A DNA stretch of 64,000 bases from an uncultured Acidobacteriota bacterium (GTDB taxonomy: Bacteria > Acidobacteriota > Thermoanaerobaculia > Multivoradales > JAHEKO01), in assembly GCA_963713825.1 (NCBI GenBank), contig CAVQNG010000025.1, positions 640,001 through 704,000 on the forward strand, given 5' to 3'. The notes under the pieces are model-generated. The model did not search any database. It was not told the origin of the DNA and saw only the letters and a program-made list of their open reading frames with translations. Shown here one piece after another: positions 38,204 through 48,544 of this stretch (positions within the stretch are counted from its first letter, which is position 1; every line of letters starts with the position of its first letter). A program made the translations under genes and the position numbers.

Positions 38204-39928
38204 GTGCTGCGAGATCTACAGGTCCGAAATCTGGCGGTTCTCGAAGATGTCGCGATCGAGTTCGGTCCCGGCTTGAATGTCCTTACCGGAGAAACCGGTG
38301 CCGGCAAGTCCATCGTGGTGGATTCGCTGGCGCTACTGGCGGGAGTGCGGGCAACCGGTGAGCTGATTCGGTCGGGAGAGCAGGTTCTTTCCGTCACGGG
38401 TGTGTTCGAGCCGGAAGGCGAGCAGTGGCGCCCGATCCTCGAGCAGGCGGGCTTGCCCTGCGATGCGGATGAACTGGTCGTGCGACGGGAGATCAGTCGG
38501 GAAGGGCGCAACAGAGTCTTTGTTCAGGACCAACCGGTCACCCTTGCATTGCTCACACGACTAGCGCCTCAGCTGATACGGATACATGGCCAGCGCGAGG
38601 AATTGGGCCTCGTTTCGGCGCCACTGCAGCGCCAATGGCTCGATCGATCCGGTGGCGATGACGCCACCGAGCCGCGGCGTCGGGTCGAGGAGCAATTCGG
38701 TCTTCTTCGCGAAGTAAGTGCGAGACTCCAGCGCCTGCAAGGCGACGATCGATTGCGCCAGGAGCGACTGGACCTGCTGCGCTTTCAGAGTGGCGAGATC
38801 GACGCTGCCAGGCTGCAGGCTGGCGAAGAGCACGGTTTGAGGGTTGAAAGGGACGTGCAGCGTCATGTCGAGGCTATCGGCGCCGCCCTTGGAGAGTCGC
38901 TCGCGGCGCTGTTCGAGGAGGACAGCTCCGCCTCCGAGAGACTCTCGATGGCAGCTCGCAGGCTCGCTGAGATCGCGGAGTGGGAAGAACGGGCTGCTCC
39001 GTGGTCGGAGGAGCTCGAAGCGATGTCCATCGGGCTGCAGGAGATGGCCCATGGAATCCGACAACGGCTCGACTCGTTGGAGGCCGACCCAGAGCGGTTG
39101 AACGACATCGAGGAACGCCTTGCGGTGATCGAGCGGCTGGTTCGCAAGTATGGGCCGACGACGACGGCGGTGCTCGACTACCGTCGGCAGATCGGTGATG
39201 AGCTCGAGGAGCTGTTGGGAGATGTGGAGCAGGGGGGAGAGTTGGAGAATCAGCTGCTCGAAGCCCTGGAGGAGTTTCGCCAGGTGGCCACGGACCTGTC
39301 GCATCGGCGCCTCGAATGGGGCCGGCTACTGGCGGCGCGGGTGCACCGGGAGCTGCGCGATCTGGCGATGCCCAAAGCGCGCTTCGACGTCGAGCTGTCG
39401 AGACGACGACACGAAGGCAGTCGCCTCGAGATCGACGGCGAGCCGGTGGATTTCTCGGTGAACGGCTTTGACCAGGTGACTTTCAAGCTGGCTGCCAACC
39501 CGGGTGAGGAGATGCTGTCGCTGGCCAGTAGCGCCTCTGGGGGTGAGCTGTCGAGGATCTATCTGGCACTGCAACTGGCCGTACGAGGAGAGGGTGCTGG
39601 AGAGGTGCCGACTCTGGTCTTCGACGAAGTCGATGCCGGTGTCGGTGGTGCCGAAGCGGCCATTTTGGGCAGCAAGCTCCAGAGCCTCGCTGTTGGCGGT
39701 CAGATTCTTGCCGTAACTCATCTGGCGCAGGTGGCCAGCCATGCCGATCGGCACTTCAGGGTCAGCAAACGAGTCAGCGAAGGACGTACGGCCACCATGG
39801 TCGACGCCTTGGCGGAGCCCGAGAGGGTCGAAGAGGTGGCGCGGATGCTGGCCGGCAAGCGGGTGACCTCGTTGTCTCGCTCCCATGCCGCAGAGCTCAT
39901 TTCTTCAACCGTACGGGAGGAGCCATGA
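38204..39928 (+). CDS. recN: DNA repair protein RecN
   Basis: LTGETGAGKS Walker A, ASGGELSR signature, VFDEVD, VTHLAQVA; GTG start at 38204. Confidence 0.93.
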   Translation: MLRDLQVRNLAVLEDVAIEFGPGLNVLTGETGAGKSIVVDSLALLAGVRATGELIRSGEQVLSVTGVFEPEGEQWRPILEQAGLPCDADELVVRREISREGRNRVFVQDQPVTLALLTRLAPQLIRIHGQREELGLVSAPLQRQWLDRSGGDDATEPRRRVEEQFGLLREVSARLQRLQGDDRLRQERLDLLRFQSGEIDAARLQAGEEHGLRVERDVQRHVEAIGAALGESLAALFEEDSSASERLSMAARRLAEIAEWEERAAPWSEELEAMSIGLQEMAHGIRQRLDSLEADPERLNDIEERLAVIERLVRKYGPTTTAVLDYRRQIGDELEELLGDVEQGGELENQLLEALEEFRQVATDLSHRRLEWGRLLAARVHRELRDLAMPKARFDVELSRRRHEGSRLEIDGEPVDFSVNGFDQVTFKLAANPGEEMLSLASSASGGELSRIYLALQLAVRGEGAGEVPTLVFDEVDAGVGGAEAAILGSKLQSLAVGGQILAVTHLAQVASHADRHFRVSKRVSEGRTATMVDALAEPERVEEVARMLAGKRVTSLSRSHAAELISSTVREEP

Positions 39929-40614
39929 AGCCTCAGACCGCGGTGTGGAAATGGGGTGATTCGCTGGAGGGAGTCCGGGAGACCCTGGCCGCAGGAGGGA
40001 TGCTGGCGATACCGACGGAGTCCAGCTACGCCCTCGCGACCAATCCGAGAAGCCAGGAGGGGGTGGATGGTGTATTCCGGTTCAAGGCGCGATCGGCTGA
40101 CAAGCCGTTGCCAGTGGTGACCGGAAGCTTGGAGCAACTCGCCGAGCTGGGCATCGACATCCAGGACCCTCGGCTTCGGATGCTGGCTAGCCTGTGGCCG
40201 GCACCGCTGAGCGTCGTGGTACCGATCGTCCGACCCTTGCCTGCGACTGGTTGCAGCCGGTCGCTGGCGGTGAGGATTCCGGACCACCCACGTCTGGTCG
40301 AGATGCTCACTCGGCTCGAGACTCCCTTGACGGCGACCAGTGCCAACAGGAGCGGCGAACCGCCCGTCTGTGACTCGGTCGAGATGGCTCTACGATTGGC
40401 GGGCTGGCGGGCAGTCGTCGTCGATGATGGACTCCTGGCTGGTGGCCTGCCTTCCACGATGGTGGCCCTCGGTTCAGGGGGACTCGAGGTGTTGCGAGTC
40501 GGTCGCTACCCGGTAGGTTTGCTGCGGCAACGACTGGCGGAGCTGGGTTGGAGCGCGGGCTTTTCCGCAACGGTTGCGGAAAAGTCTGCGGATCGCCCCG
40601 CGGGAGCCCGATGA
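39925..40614 (+). CDS. tsaC: L-threonylcarbamoyladenylate synthase (TsaC/YrdC)
   Basis: IPTESSYAL, WPAPLS, AVRIPDH, TATSANRSG, PST. Confidence 0.85.
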   Translation: MKPQTAVWKWGDSLEGVRETLAAGGMLAIPTESSYALATNPRSQEGVDGVFRFKARSADKPLPVVTGSLEQLAELGIDIQDPRLRMLASLWPAPLSVVVPIVRPLPATGCSRSLAVRIPDHPRLVEMLTRLETPLTATSANRSGEPPVCDSVEMALRLAGWRAVVVDDGLLAGGLPSTMVALGSGGLEVLRVGRYPVGLLRQRLAELGWSAGFSATVAEKSADRPAGAR

Positions 40615-42477
40615 ATGCGGAGCCTTTACGGAATGCATAGGTTTTTGTGCAGTCTCGCTTTTGTCGTCCTCGTGCCGATCGGCCTGAGGGCCGACGAGGG
40701 ACTGTTTCCCTTGGAGGAAGTGCGGCCCGGCCTGACCGGCTATGGCCTGTCCGTTTTCGAAGGCGGCATCCCCGAACGATTCGAGGTCGAAGTGCTGGGG
40801 GTATGGCGCAACACACAGCCGTCCACGAGTTTCATCCTGGCTCGATTGGAGGGCCGGGGCCTCGAGACGAGCGGTGTGATTGCTGGCATGAGCGGCAGCC
40901 CGGTCTATGTCGACGATCGCTTGTTGGGAGCAGTCTCTTTTTCGTGGTTGTTCGCCAATGAGGCGGTGGCGGGGATCACCCCCATCGAACAGATGCGGCG
41001 TCTGAGCTCCGTGGCCCCTTCCACGACCTCCGCAGCAGCTGGCAGCAGGTCGCGAGACCTCCGAGCTCTGGTCACCGGCTCTCTGACATGGCAAGACGTT
41101 CTCGCTCCCCTCACAGGTCTCCAGCGCACAGGTCTCGAATCTGCGGTCAGCGGTGTCCAATGGAGCACGGTCGGCTTCGGGAGCGCGACGCTCGGGCCTC
41201 TGGCCGAAGCTCTCGGCAGCCTCGCTCCCGCTGGCCAATCGTCGGACGCCGAAGGCTTGGATCTGGTCGCGGGATCCTCGGTTTCCGGGGTGCTGGTCGA
41301 CGGTGACCTGCGGCTCGCAGCGACCGGTACCGTCACCGAACGCCGCGGCGACGAGATCCTCGCCTTCGGTCATCCGTTCCTGGGTGTCGGGCCTCTCAGC
41401 GTGCCTATGGCCACGAGCGAAGTCATTACAGTCCTATCGAATCAGATGAACTCGTTCAAGATCGCCAACCTCGGAGCCGTCGTCGGCGCCTTCGACATGG
41501 ATCGGGCAGCGGGATTGCGTGGTCATGTCGGAGCGGTGGCCCCGATGGTGCCCGTCGATGTGCGAGTCGTTGGCCTCGAAGACCGACGGTTCGAGCTGCG
41601 AGTCGCCGACCTGCCGCTTCTGAGCCCAACCCTTGTCGCCATCGCTACCCTCGGCTCTCTCGAGGCCGCGTCGCGGGGTGCTGGCAGTCAGGGACTGGAC
41701 CTCGACGCACGCTTCGACCTGGCAGAGTGGGGCGAAGTCGAGATACGCCAGAGCTTCGATGGCGAGCTGGCATCGCAGGAGTCGGCCTTCTACCTCTTTG
41801 CCTTCACAGACTTCTTTCTCAATAACAGTTTCGAGGCCGTGACCCTGGAGTCGATCGAGATCGAGATCAGGCAGCAGCCTGAGCCCAGGATTGCGCGGTT
41901 GGTAGGGGCCCACGTCAACCAGACCCTCGTTCGTCCGGGCGACGAGATCGAGTTGGTGGTCGACTTGCAGGCGTATCGGGGCGATGCCTTCCGCGCCACG
42001 TTGACGCTCGATGTGCCCACCGGTCTTCCCGAAGGGCGGTACTCGCTGTTGGTCGGCGATGGGGTCAGTGTCGACATGGCGCGACTGGAGGTGGAGAAGA
42101 CGGCGCCTCAGACATTCCCTCAGGCTCTCAGATTTCTGCGCTCGTTTCATTCGAGCCGCGACCTGGTCGCCCTTGGGGTCTTTCGCGGCGCCGGCCTGTC
42201 GGTAGGGGGCGAAGTCCTGCCGCAGCTGCCGGCCTCCATTCGGTCGTTGTGGAGTGCCGCGCCTTCGACCAGCGCCAGGCCTCTGGAGCTGGCTGTGGCG
42301 CAGGAAAGCGTGATCAGCCTGGACCAGCCTCTCGAGGGCATTGTTCGGGTCGATCTTCAGGTGCAGCGCGAAGGTCCGCTCAAGGAAGAGCCGGCGACCG
42401 GAGAGCCTCCTGCGACAGGCGGCGATCACCAGCGCCCCACTTCAACGACTACAGGTACCGAGGGCGGTGACTCCTAG
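40615..42477 (+). CDS. SpoIVB peptidase S55 domain-containing exported protein
   Basis: Signal peptide, GVIAGMSGSPVY...GAVS, later TGTVT...LAFGHPF. Confidence 0.8.
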   Translation: MRSLYGMHRFLCSLAFVVLVPIGLRADEGLFPLEEVRPGLTGYGLSVFEGGIPERFEVEVLGVWRNTQPSTSFILARLEGRGLETSGVIAGMSGSPVYVDDRLLGAVSFSWLFANEAVAGITPIEQMRRLSSVAPSTTSAAAGSRSRDLRALVTGSLTWQDVLAPLTGLQRTGLESAVSGVQWSTVGFGSATLGPLAEALGSLAPAGQSSDAEGLDLVAGSSVSGVLVDGDLRLAATGTVTERRGDEILAFGHPFLGVGPLSVPMATSEVITVLSNQMNSFKIANLGAVVGAFDMDRAAGLRGHVGAVAPMVPVDVRVVGLEDRRFELRVADLPLLSPTLVAIATLGSLEAASRGAGSQGLDLDARFDLAEWGEVEIRQSFDGELASQESAFYLFAFTDFFLNNSFEAVTLESIEIEIRQQPEPRIARLVGAHVNQTLVRPGDEIELVVDLQAYRGDAFRATLTLDVPTGLPEGRYSLLVGDGVSVDMARLEVEKTAPQTFPQALRFLRSFHSSRDLVALGVFRGAGLSVGGEVLPQLPASIRSLWSAAPSTSARPLELAVAQESVISLDQPLEGIVRVDLQVQREGPLKEEPATGEPPATGGDHQRPTSTTTGTEGGDS

Positions 42478-42504
42478 AGGGGTCCAAGTAGACGAGGAGC
42501 CGAT

Positions 42505-44754
42505 GTGACGAGACGATCGATGGCTGGGCAGCGCTGGAGAACTGAATTGCGAGGTTTGGGTAGGTTGGTTCTGGTTCTGGTTCTGGTTCTGGGTCTGATC
42601 GGCCTTTCTCAGCCGATCGAGTCCAGGGTGCAGATCTATTCGATGCAGAGCCGAGCGGCCTTCTTGGCCGGCACGCTGGATGGAATCGGCGTGGACTCGC
42701 TCGGAACGCTGCGCCTCGCGGATCGGGTGGAGCGCCTGACCGAGGTCAACGAACCGTTCCTCCTGTCGGCGGCCCCTCATCCCGATGGTTGGGTGGTCGG
42801 CACGGGCAACGGGGGGCGGATCCTGTTGATCGATCGCCTGGGTGGAGCGACGGTGCTTTTCGAGGCGCCGGAGCCGGAGATCTTTGCTGTTTGGGCGGCA
42901 GAGGATGGCGTCGTGTTCGCCGGCTCGTCACCGAACGGCAGGGTATACCGCATCCATGATGGTGAGACGACGGTCTTTTTCGATCCTGAGCAGACGTACA
43001 TCTGGGATCTCGAGCGTGCCCCTTCTGGAGGTCTCCTGGTGGCGACCGGGACGGACGGCAAGCTCTTCGAGGTCGTCGCCGAGGGACAGGCGGAGGTGCT
43101 GTTCGACAGTCAGGACACGCATTTGCGGGCTCTGAAGGCGCTGCCAAATGGACAGGTGCTCATGGGCACGGCCGGCGAAGGTCTGATTCTGAGACTCGAC
43201 CCGGATGGCAGCGTTCGCACTCTCTATGATGCGGCGCAGCCGGAGGTGGTGTCGTTCGCCGCGGATCCGGATGGCAGCTGCTACGCGGCGGTTCTGGCTT
43301 CGGAGGCGAGTCTGGTGAGCCTCGGTCAGACTGCGAAAGAGCCGTCCGACCAGGAGGAGACGGGCTCTGAGGATGGGGACGAGGGCGGTGAGGTGACGGT
43401 CGAGATCACGGTGTCGGCTCAGGGTAGTGGTGGGGAGTCCGACATGGTGGGGACCCGGCCGAGCGGCTTTCAGGGTCCCCGGTCGGAGATCCTGAAGATT
43501 TCTGCAGGCGGCCTGGTCGAGTCGCTAGTCAGCTTTGAGGAGGAGACGGTCTACAGCGTCGGCTGGCATCGTGGCCAACTCTGGGTGGGTACGGGCCTGG
43601 AGGGCAAGGTCTTCAGCATGAGAGACGGCAAGCCGGTGCTGGAGAAAGACGTCGATGAACGTCAGGTCGTGGTGCTCCTGGACGACGATCCTGGACCCGC
43701 CTTTGCGACCACGAATGCCGCGGCTCTCTACCGCATCTCGGGGCATACCGAGCGACGAGGGGTCTACACGAGCCCGACCCTGGATGCCCAGCAATTCTCT
43801 ACCTTCGGCAATCTTCGGTGGCAGGGCAAGAGCCCGCAGGGGAGTCGAGTGCGATTCTCGTTTCGCAGCGGCATGAGCTCGGACCCCGATCGAACCTGGT
43901 CCTCCTGGAGCGAGTGGCAAAGCGGAGCGGAGGTTCCCCTGACACAGTTGCCCGCCGGTCGGTACTTTCAATGGCGGGCGGAGTTGGAGGCCGACGGTGG
44001 CGACTCCCCGATTCTCAGTGAGATTCTGATCTCGTACAAACAGGCCAATCTGCCGCCGAGAATCGAGAGCTTAGCGGTGATGGAGCCGGGGCAGGTGCTG
44101 GTGCCGGCGAATTTCAATCCGACGCAACAGATCTACGAGCCGGTACATCCAGATCGCCAGGGGATCTTCACAGTCCTGGAAGTGGAAGCACCCCAGGAGA
44201 ATCGGCGCATGAAGACTCTCTGGAAGAAGGGCTTCCGAACGCTGCGATGGAAGTCGGAGGATCCCAACGAGGATACTCTGTTCGCCGATCTGGAGTTTCG
44301 ACGGGCCGATGGCAATGGGGATTGGTTGCCGATGGCCCGAGACCTGAAGGACTCTCACCACAGCTTCGACGCGACGGCGTTGCCGGATGGCCGATACCGC
44401 TTCAGACTGATCGTGAGAGATCGAGTCCGCTCCGAAGAGCCGGAAGCGCAGCAATCCGAGGAGATCAGCGAGCCTGTCCTCGTGGACCACAGCACCCCAA
44501 AGCTGATCAGTGTCGATCGCCAGTCCGGCAGCCTGGAAGTGGCGGTCGAAGACCACCTGAGCCCCCTGCGTCGTGCCGAGTTCAGTATCGATGCTGGAGA
44601 ATGGCTGCCAGCCAGGCCGGTTGATGGACTTCTGGACGGACAGCGTGAGAGACTGCTGGTGGATCTTCCGGAATCTGGGAAGCTTGTCTTGCTGCGGCTC
44701 ATGGATGCTGCATTCAACGTCGTGACTTTCGATCTATCGCAGGGTGGGCAATGA
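42505..44754 (+). CDS. Exported beta-propeller + Ig/FN3-like protein
   Basis: Signal peptide, repeated GTGxxGxI/V blades, WSSWS, NLPP, C-terminal DGLLDG. Confidence 0.7.
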   Translation: MTRRSMAGQRWRTELRGLGRLVLVLVLVLGLIGLSQPIESRVQIYSMQSRAAFLAGTLDGIGVDSLGTLRLADRVERLTEVNEPFLLSAAPHPDGWVVGTGNGGRILLIDRLGGATVLFEAPEPEIFAVWAAEDGVVFAGSSPNGRVYRIHDGETTVFFDPEQTYIWDLERAPSGGLLVATGTDGKLFEVVAEGQAEVLFDSQDTHLRALKALPNGQVLMGTAGEGLILRLDPDGSVRTLYDAAQPEVVSFAADPDGSCYAAVLASEASLVSLGQTAKEPSDQEETGSEDGDEGGEVTVEITVSAQGSGGESDMVGTRPSGFQGPRSEILKISAGGLVESLVSFEEETVYSVGWHRGQLWVGTGLEGKVFSMRDGKPVLEKDVDERQVVVLLDDDPGPAFATTNAAALYRISGHTERRGVYTSPTLDAQQFSTFGNLRWQGKSPQGSRVRFSFRSGMSSDPDRTWSSWSEWQSGAEVPLTQLPAGRYFQWRAELEADGGDSPILSEILISYKQANLPPRIESLAVMEPGQVLVPANFNPTQQIYEPVHPDRQGIFTVLEVEAPQENRRMKTLWKKGFRTLRWKSEDPNEDTLFADLEFRRADGNGDWLPMARDLKDSHHSFDATALPDGRYRFRLIVRDRVRSEEPEAQQSEEISEPVLVDHSTPKLISVDRQSGSLEVAVEDHLSPLRRAEFSIDAGEWLPARPVDGLLDGQRERLLVDLPESGKLVLLRLMDAAFNVVTFDLSQGGQ

Positions 44755-45245
44755 GTAGAAAGCGAATCGCCGTCTATCCGGGCTCCTTCGACCCGATTCA
44801 CAACGGCCATCTGGACATCATCGGTCGGTGCCGTTCGGTCTTCGACGAAGTGGTGGTAGCCGTCCTCGGCAACGAAGAAAAGAAGCCTGTCTTCTCTGTC
44901 AAGGAGCGCATGGACATGATCACTCATGAGCTCCGGGAGTGCGAAGACTGCAGGGTCGAGAGCTTTTCCGGCCTGCTGGCCGATTTCATGGACCAGGCGG
45001 GCGCCCGCACGATCATTCGTGGGCTGCGCGCCGTATCGGACTTCGAGTACGAGTTTCAGATGGCTTTGATGAACCGACGGCTGAATCCGCGGATCGAAAC
45101 GGTCTTCATGGTACCCAAGGAGGAGTACATCTACCTGTCGAGCCGTCTGGTCAAGGAGGTTTTCTTCCTGGGTGGTGACCTCACTGGATTGGTGCCTGAG
45201 AATGTCCTGCGTGAGCTCGGTGACAGGGCCGCGGAGCGGGGCTGA
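44751..45245 (+). CDS. coaD: Pantetheine-phosphate adenylyltransferase
   Basis: YPGSFDPIHNGH, RGLRAVSDFEYE, SSRLVKEV. Confidence 0.96.
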   Translation: MSRKRIAVYPGSFDPIHNGHLDIIGRCRSVFDEVVVAVLGNEEKKPVFSVKERMDMITHELRECEDCRVESFSGLLADFMDQAGARTIIRGLRAVSDFEYEFQMALMNRRLNPRIETVFMVPKEEYIYLSSRLVKEVFFLGGDLTGLVPENVLRELGDRAAERG

Positions 45246-45256
45246 GAGGGCGTCTG

Positions 45257-46342
45257 TTGACTCTGGATCCAGCACTGGGTGCCTTCATCCAGCAGATGCC
45301 GAAGGTAGAGCTCCACGTCCATCTGGAAGGCGCCATCCGTCCCCACACGCTCCTCCAATTAGCGCAGCGCCATCGAGTTTCGCTGCCCGCCGACACCGTC
45401 GAAGGGCTGCGCGAGTGGTTCCGATTTCGGAATTTCGAGCATTTCGTCGAGATCTATCTGGCCTGTAGCCAGAGCCTGCTCGAGCCCGAGGACTTTCAGC
45501 TCGTGGCGAGGGAGTTTCTGGCAGAACAAGCGGCCCAGAACATCCGCTACAGCGAGGTTCACTTCACCATAGCCACCCACCTCCGCAATGGCGCCAATGG
45601 GGCCGAGGTCGCCGCGGCGTTGAGCGAGACCCTGGAAGAAGGGGAGACGCGCTGGGACGTCAAGGCTCGGTGGATTCCGGACATCGTGCGGGATGTTTCA
45701 CGGGAGTGGGCGGACCGAACGCTAGAGTGGGCCTTGGATGGGCGGGGTCAGGGCGTGGTGGCTCTTGGGCTTTCGGGCTTCGAAGCCTCTCCTGACGAGC
45801 CGTTTCGCGAGCACTTTCGCGTTGCCGGCGAGGAAGGCCTTCACCGGGTCGCCCATGCCGGTGAGCATGAAGGTCCCGACTCGATACGCTCGGCACTGGA
45901 GGTCTGCGCGCCCGAGAGAATCGGACATGGGATCCGTGCGGTAGATGATGCCGAGCTCTTGCGGGAGCTTGCGGAACGCCGGATTCCCCTCGAGATCTGC
46001 CCGACCTCCAACGTGAAGCTGGGAGCGGTTGCAGAGCTGAAGAGCCATCCTATCGAGACGATCCGGCGCGCCGGTGTCCCGGTCACCGTCAATTCTGACG
46101 ACCCTCCCCTGTTCGAGACGACGCTGACCCAGGAGTTTCAAGAGCTGTCGGCGACCTTCGGTTATCGGGCGGAGGATGCAGCTGCGCTGAGCTGGGCTGC
46201 CCTCCAGCAGGCGTTCCTCTCCGAGGAGGAGCGAGGTCAGCTGGAGACCGACTTCCGCCGCCAGTTCAGAGAGCTTGGTGCCCGCCATCTGGGCGACGAG
46301 GCGATTCTCGAGCGTGGGCTCGCCGCCGCCTGGAACCAATAG
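45257..46342 (+). CDS. add: Adenosine/adenine deaminase
   Basis: PKVELHVHLEG, AHAGE, RIGHG, ICPTSN, NSDDP. Confidence 0.9.
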   Translation: MTLDPALGAFIQQMPKVELHVHLEGAIRPHTLLQLAQRHRVSLPADTVEGLREWFRFRNFEHFVEIYLACSQSLLEPEDFQLVAREFLAEQAAQNIRYSEVHFTIATHLRNGANGAEVAAALSETLEEGETRWDVKARWIPDIVRDVSREWADRTLEWALDGRGQGVVALGLSGFEASPDEPFREHFRVAGEEGLHRVAHAGEHEGPDSIRSALEVCAPERIGHGIRAVDDAELLRELAERRIPLEICPTSNVKLGAVAELKSHPIETIRRAGVPVTVNSDDPPLFETTLTQEFQELSATFGYRAEDAAALSWAALQQAFLSEEERGQLETDFRRQFRELGARHLGDEAILERGLAAAWNQ

Positions 46343-46360
46343 TCTGACAAGGAGATTCGA

Positions 46361-46600
46361 ATGTCCGAACCGAAGGTGGCTGCAAAGAGTCCCGCGGTCG
46401 TGGAGCTGGAGCCCGGGACCTATTATTGGTGCCGATGTGGACGCGCAGAGAAACAGCCGTTTTGTGACGGCTCTCACGCTGGCACCGAGTTCAGTTCGCT
46501 GAAATTCGAGCTGGGTGAGAAAAAACGGGTGGCCCTGTGCCAGTGCAAGCACACGGCCAACCCGCCGTATTGTGACGGCGCCCACGCCCGGTTGGACTAG
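46361..46600 (+). CDS. CDGSH iron-sulfur domain protein (two CDGSH motifs)
   Basis: WCRCG..QPFCDGSH and LCQCK..PPYCDGAH; AAGGAG RBS. Confidence 0.92.
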   Translation: MSEPKVAAKSPAVVELEPGTYYWCRCGRAEKQPFCDGSHAGTEFSSLKFELGEKKRVALCQCKHTANPPYCDGAHARLD

Positions 46601-46617
46601 GCGACGGGAACCTGATC

Positions 46618-48345
46618 TCAGTCGAGCTCTGCGAGGGCTTCCTTGCGGGCCGCCTCGAACTCGTCTCCGGGCTTCCAGCTCGGCAGCTCATCGGTCTGAG
46701 CGATGGACAGACCGGCCTCGAAGGCCAGCACCGAGTCTTCGATGATGCCCTCGAAGTTCCAATCGTCTGTCATCTCGTCGCTCGGCTGGTGGTAGTGGGC
46801 AGCCCCCCATGCCTCGGTCTGCTCCTGGCCCCATCCCTCGGGTCGATCAATGTAGGTCTTGCCGCTACTGGCATAGATCGCCGGCACGCCAATCTTCGAG
46901 AAGTTGAATTGGTCGGAGCGGTAGAAGGACCCGTGGTCTGGCGACTGGTCGCCCTCCACGGTTCGTTCTTGGCGGGCGGCCGCAGCCACGACAACATCGT
47001 CGAGCGACGATTTTCCAAAACCGATATAGGCGACGTCGCTGGTCCGGCCGAAGATATTGGTGCTGTCGATGTTGATGTTGGCGGCGATCCTGCCGGGGTG
47101 AAAAGTGGGGTTCTTGGCGTAGTACTCGGACCCCAGGAGTCCCTGCTCCTCACCGGCGACGAACAGGAAGAGAACCGAACGTCGCGGCGGCTCGGCGAGG
47201 CGAGTGAACGCGTCCGCGATTGTCAGTGTCTGAGCGCATCCCCCGGCGTTGTCCAAGGCACCGTTGTAGATGTTGTCGCCTTCTTCGTTCGGCTCGCCAA
47301 TTCCGAAGTGGTCGTGATGCGCCGTGTAGACGACGACCTCGTTCTTCAGGACCGGATCGCTGCCTTCCAACAGGCCAGCGACGTTCCCAGTCTCCACTTT
47401 CTCGACGGTGTTCTCGAGCACTAGGGAAGTGGTGATTCCCAGTGGAACCGGCGCGAAGTCACGGCTTCTGGCCGCTTCACGAAGAGCGTCGAGCTCGTGT
47501 CCGGAGAAAGCCACGAGCTCGCGAGCGGCTTCTTCGGTGATCCAGGCTGAGACTTGCGAGCGTGGTTCATCACCGGCCGGCAGCTCGAACTGTGCACCGG
47601 TCCAGGAGCTCTGCACAACCTGCCAGCCATAGCCGGCGGAAGGTGTCGTATGAATGATGATGGCTCCTGCGGCGCCATGCTGGGCAGCGAGCTCGTATTT
47701 GTAGGTCCAGCGTCCGTAGTAGAGCCGCCGGTTGCCTTCGAAGAGCTCGGGATCCCAGTCGGGATCGTTGTTCATCACCAGCAGGACCTTGCCCTTCAGG
47801 TCGGCTCCCTGGAAATCGTCCCAACCATATTCCGGGGCGTCGATGCCGTAGCCGATAAACACGACCTCGGCGTCGTCGATCTGGGACTTGTCGCTCTGCA
47901 CGCCGCTGCCGGCGATGAAGTCGTCCCAGTAGTCGAGACTCAGATTCCCATCTCGACCTTCGAAGGACCACTCTGCAGGTGCCTTCGAAGTGATGCTCAT
48001 GATCTCGAACCGTTGCTGCCATTCACCGTCCTGGGCACCCGGTTGCAGGCCCAGGCCAGCCATCGTGTCCTGCAGATACTGACGGGCCTTCTCGTCGCCG
48101 GGACTGGCGGGTGCTCTGCCCTCGAACTCGTCACTCGACAGAGTGGCGATATGGGCCTTCAGAGCCTCTTCAGTGATGGCCTCGGCTGCAGTCTCGACTC
48201 CGGCCGGAAGATCTAGTGAGACGGTCGCCTCGACCTCTTCAGCGGTCGGTGAGGGCTGCTGGCAGGCCAAGAAGGGCAGGGCCACACTCGCCATGAGGGC
48301 CACAATGAGCCACTTCGTGATGTCCTTCGAGAATTCGCTGTTCAT
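46618..48345 (-). CDS. M28 family metallopeptidase with PA domain, probable lipoprotein
   Basis: FLAC lipobox, TAHHDH, GALDNAGG, GEEQGLLGS, RSDQ, YHQPSD. Confidence 0.88.
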   Translation of the reverse strand: MNSEFSKDITKWLIVALMASVALPFLACQQPSPTAEEVEATVSLDLPAGVETAAEAITEEALKAHIATLSSDEFEGRAPASPGDEKARQYLQDTMAGLGLQPGAQDGEWQQRFEIMSITSKAPAEWSFEGRDGNLSLDYWDDFIAGSGVQSDKSQIDDAEVVFIGYGIDAPEYGWDDFQGADLKGKVLLVMNNDPDWDPELFEGNRRLYYGRWTYKYELAAQHGAAGAIIIHTTPSAGYGWQVVQSSWTGAQFELPAGDEPRSQVSAWITEEAARELVAFSGHELDALREAARSRDFAPVPLGITTSLVLENTVEKVETGNVAGLLEGSDPVLKNEVVVYTAHHDHFGIGEPNEEGDNIYNGALDNAGGCAQTLTIADAFTRLAEPPRRSVLFLFVAGEEQGLLGSEYYAKNPTFHPGRIAANINIDSTNIFGRTSDVAYIGFGKSSLDDVVVAAAARQERTVEGDQSPDHGSFYRSDQFNFSKIGVPAIYASSGKTYIDRPEGWGQEQTEAWGAAHYHQPSDEMTDDWNFEGIIEDSVLAFEAGLSIAQTDELPSWKPGDEFEAARKEALAELD

Positions 48346-48544
48346 GGATCCCCTCCAAGGGAAGATAGGTGAAGTACAGAACTCTAACAGAGGAGGGGCC
48401 TTTCGGAGGACGGTTCCGGCGCCCGGATTTGCCCGCCGGCGGCAGGCCAGGTGAGGGGCGGCTTGCGGCCCGGAGTCCAGCGCGTTATGGTTTTCAGTAT
48501 GGCGCAACAGGTTCGGGAGGCGGAGTCATGAAAGCGGGACTGAA

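Noticed and set aside
42566-42592. (TGGTTC)4 tandem repeat as a phase-variation tract
   Set aside because: Short in-frame hexamer encoding LVLVLVLV in a signal peptide; slippage would not shift the frame.
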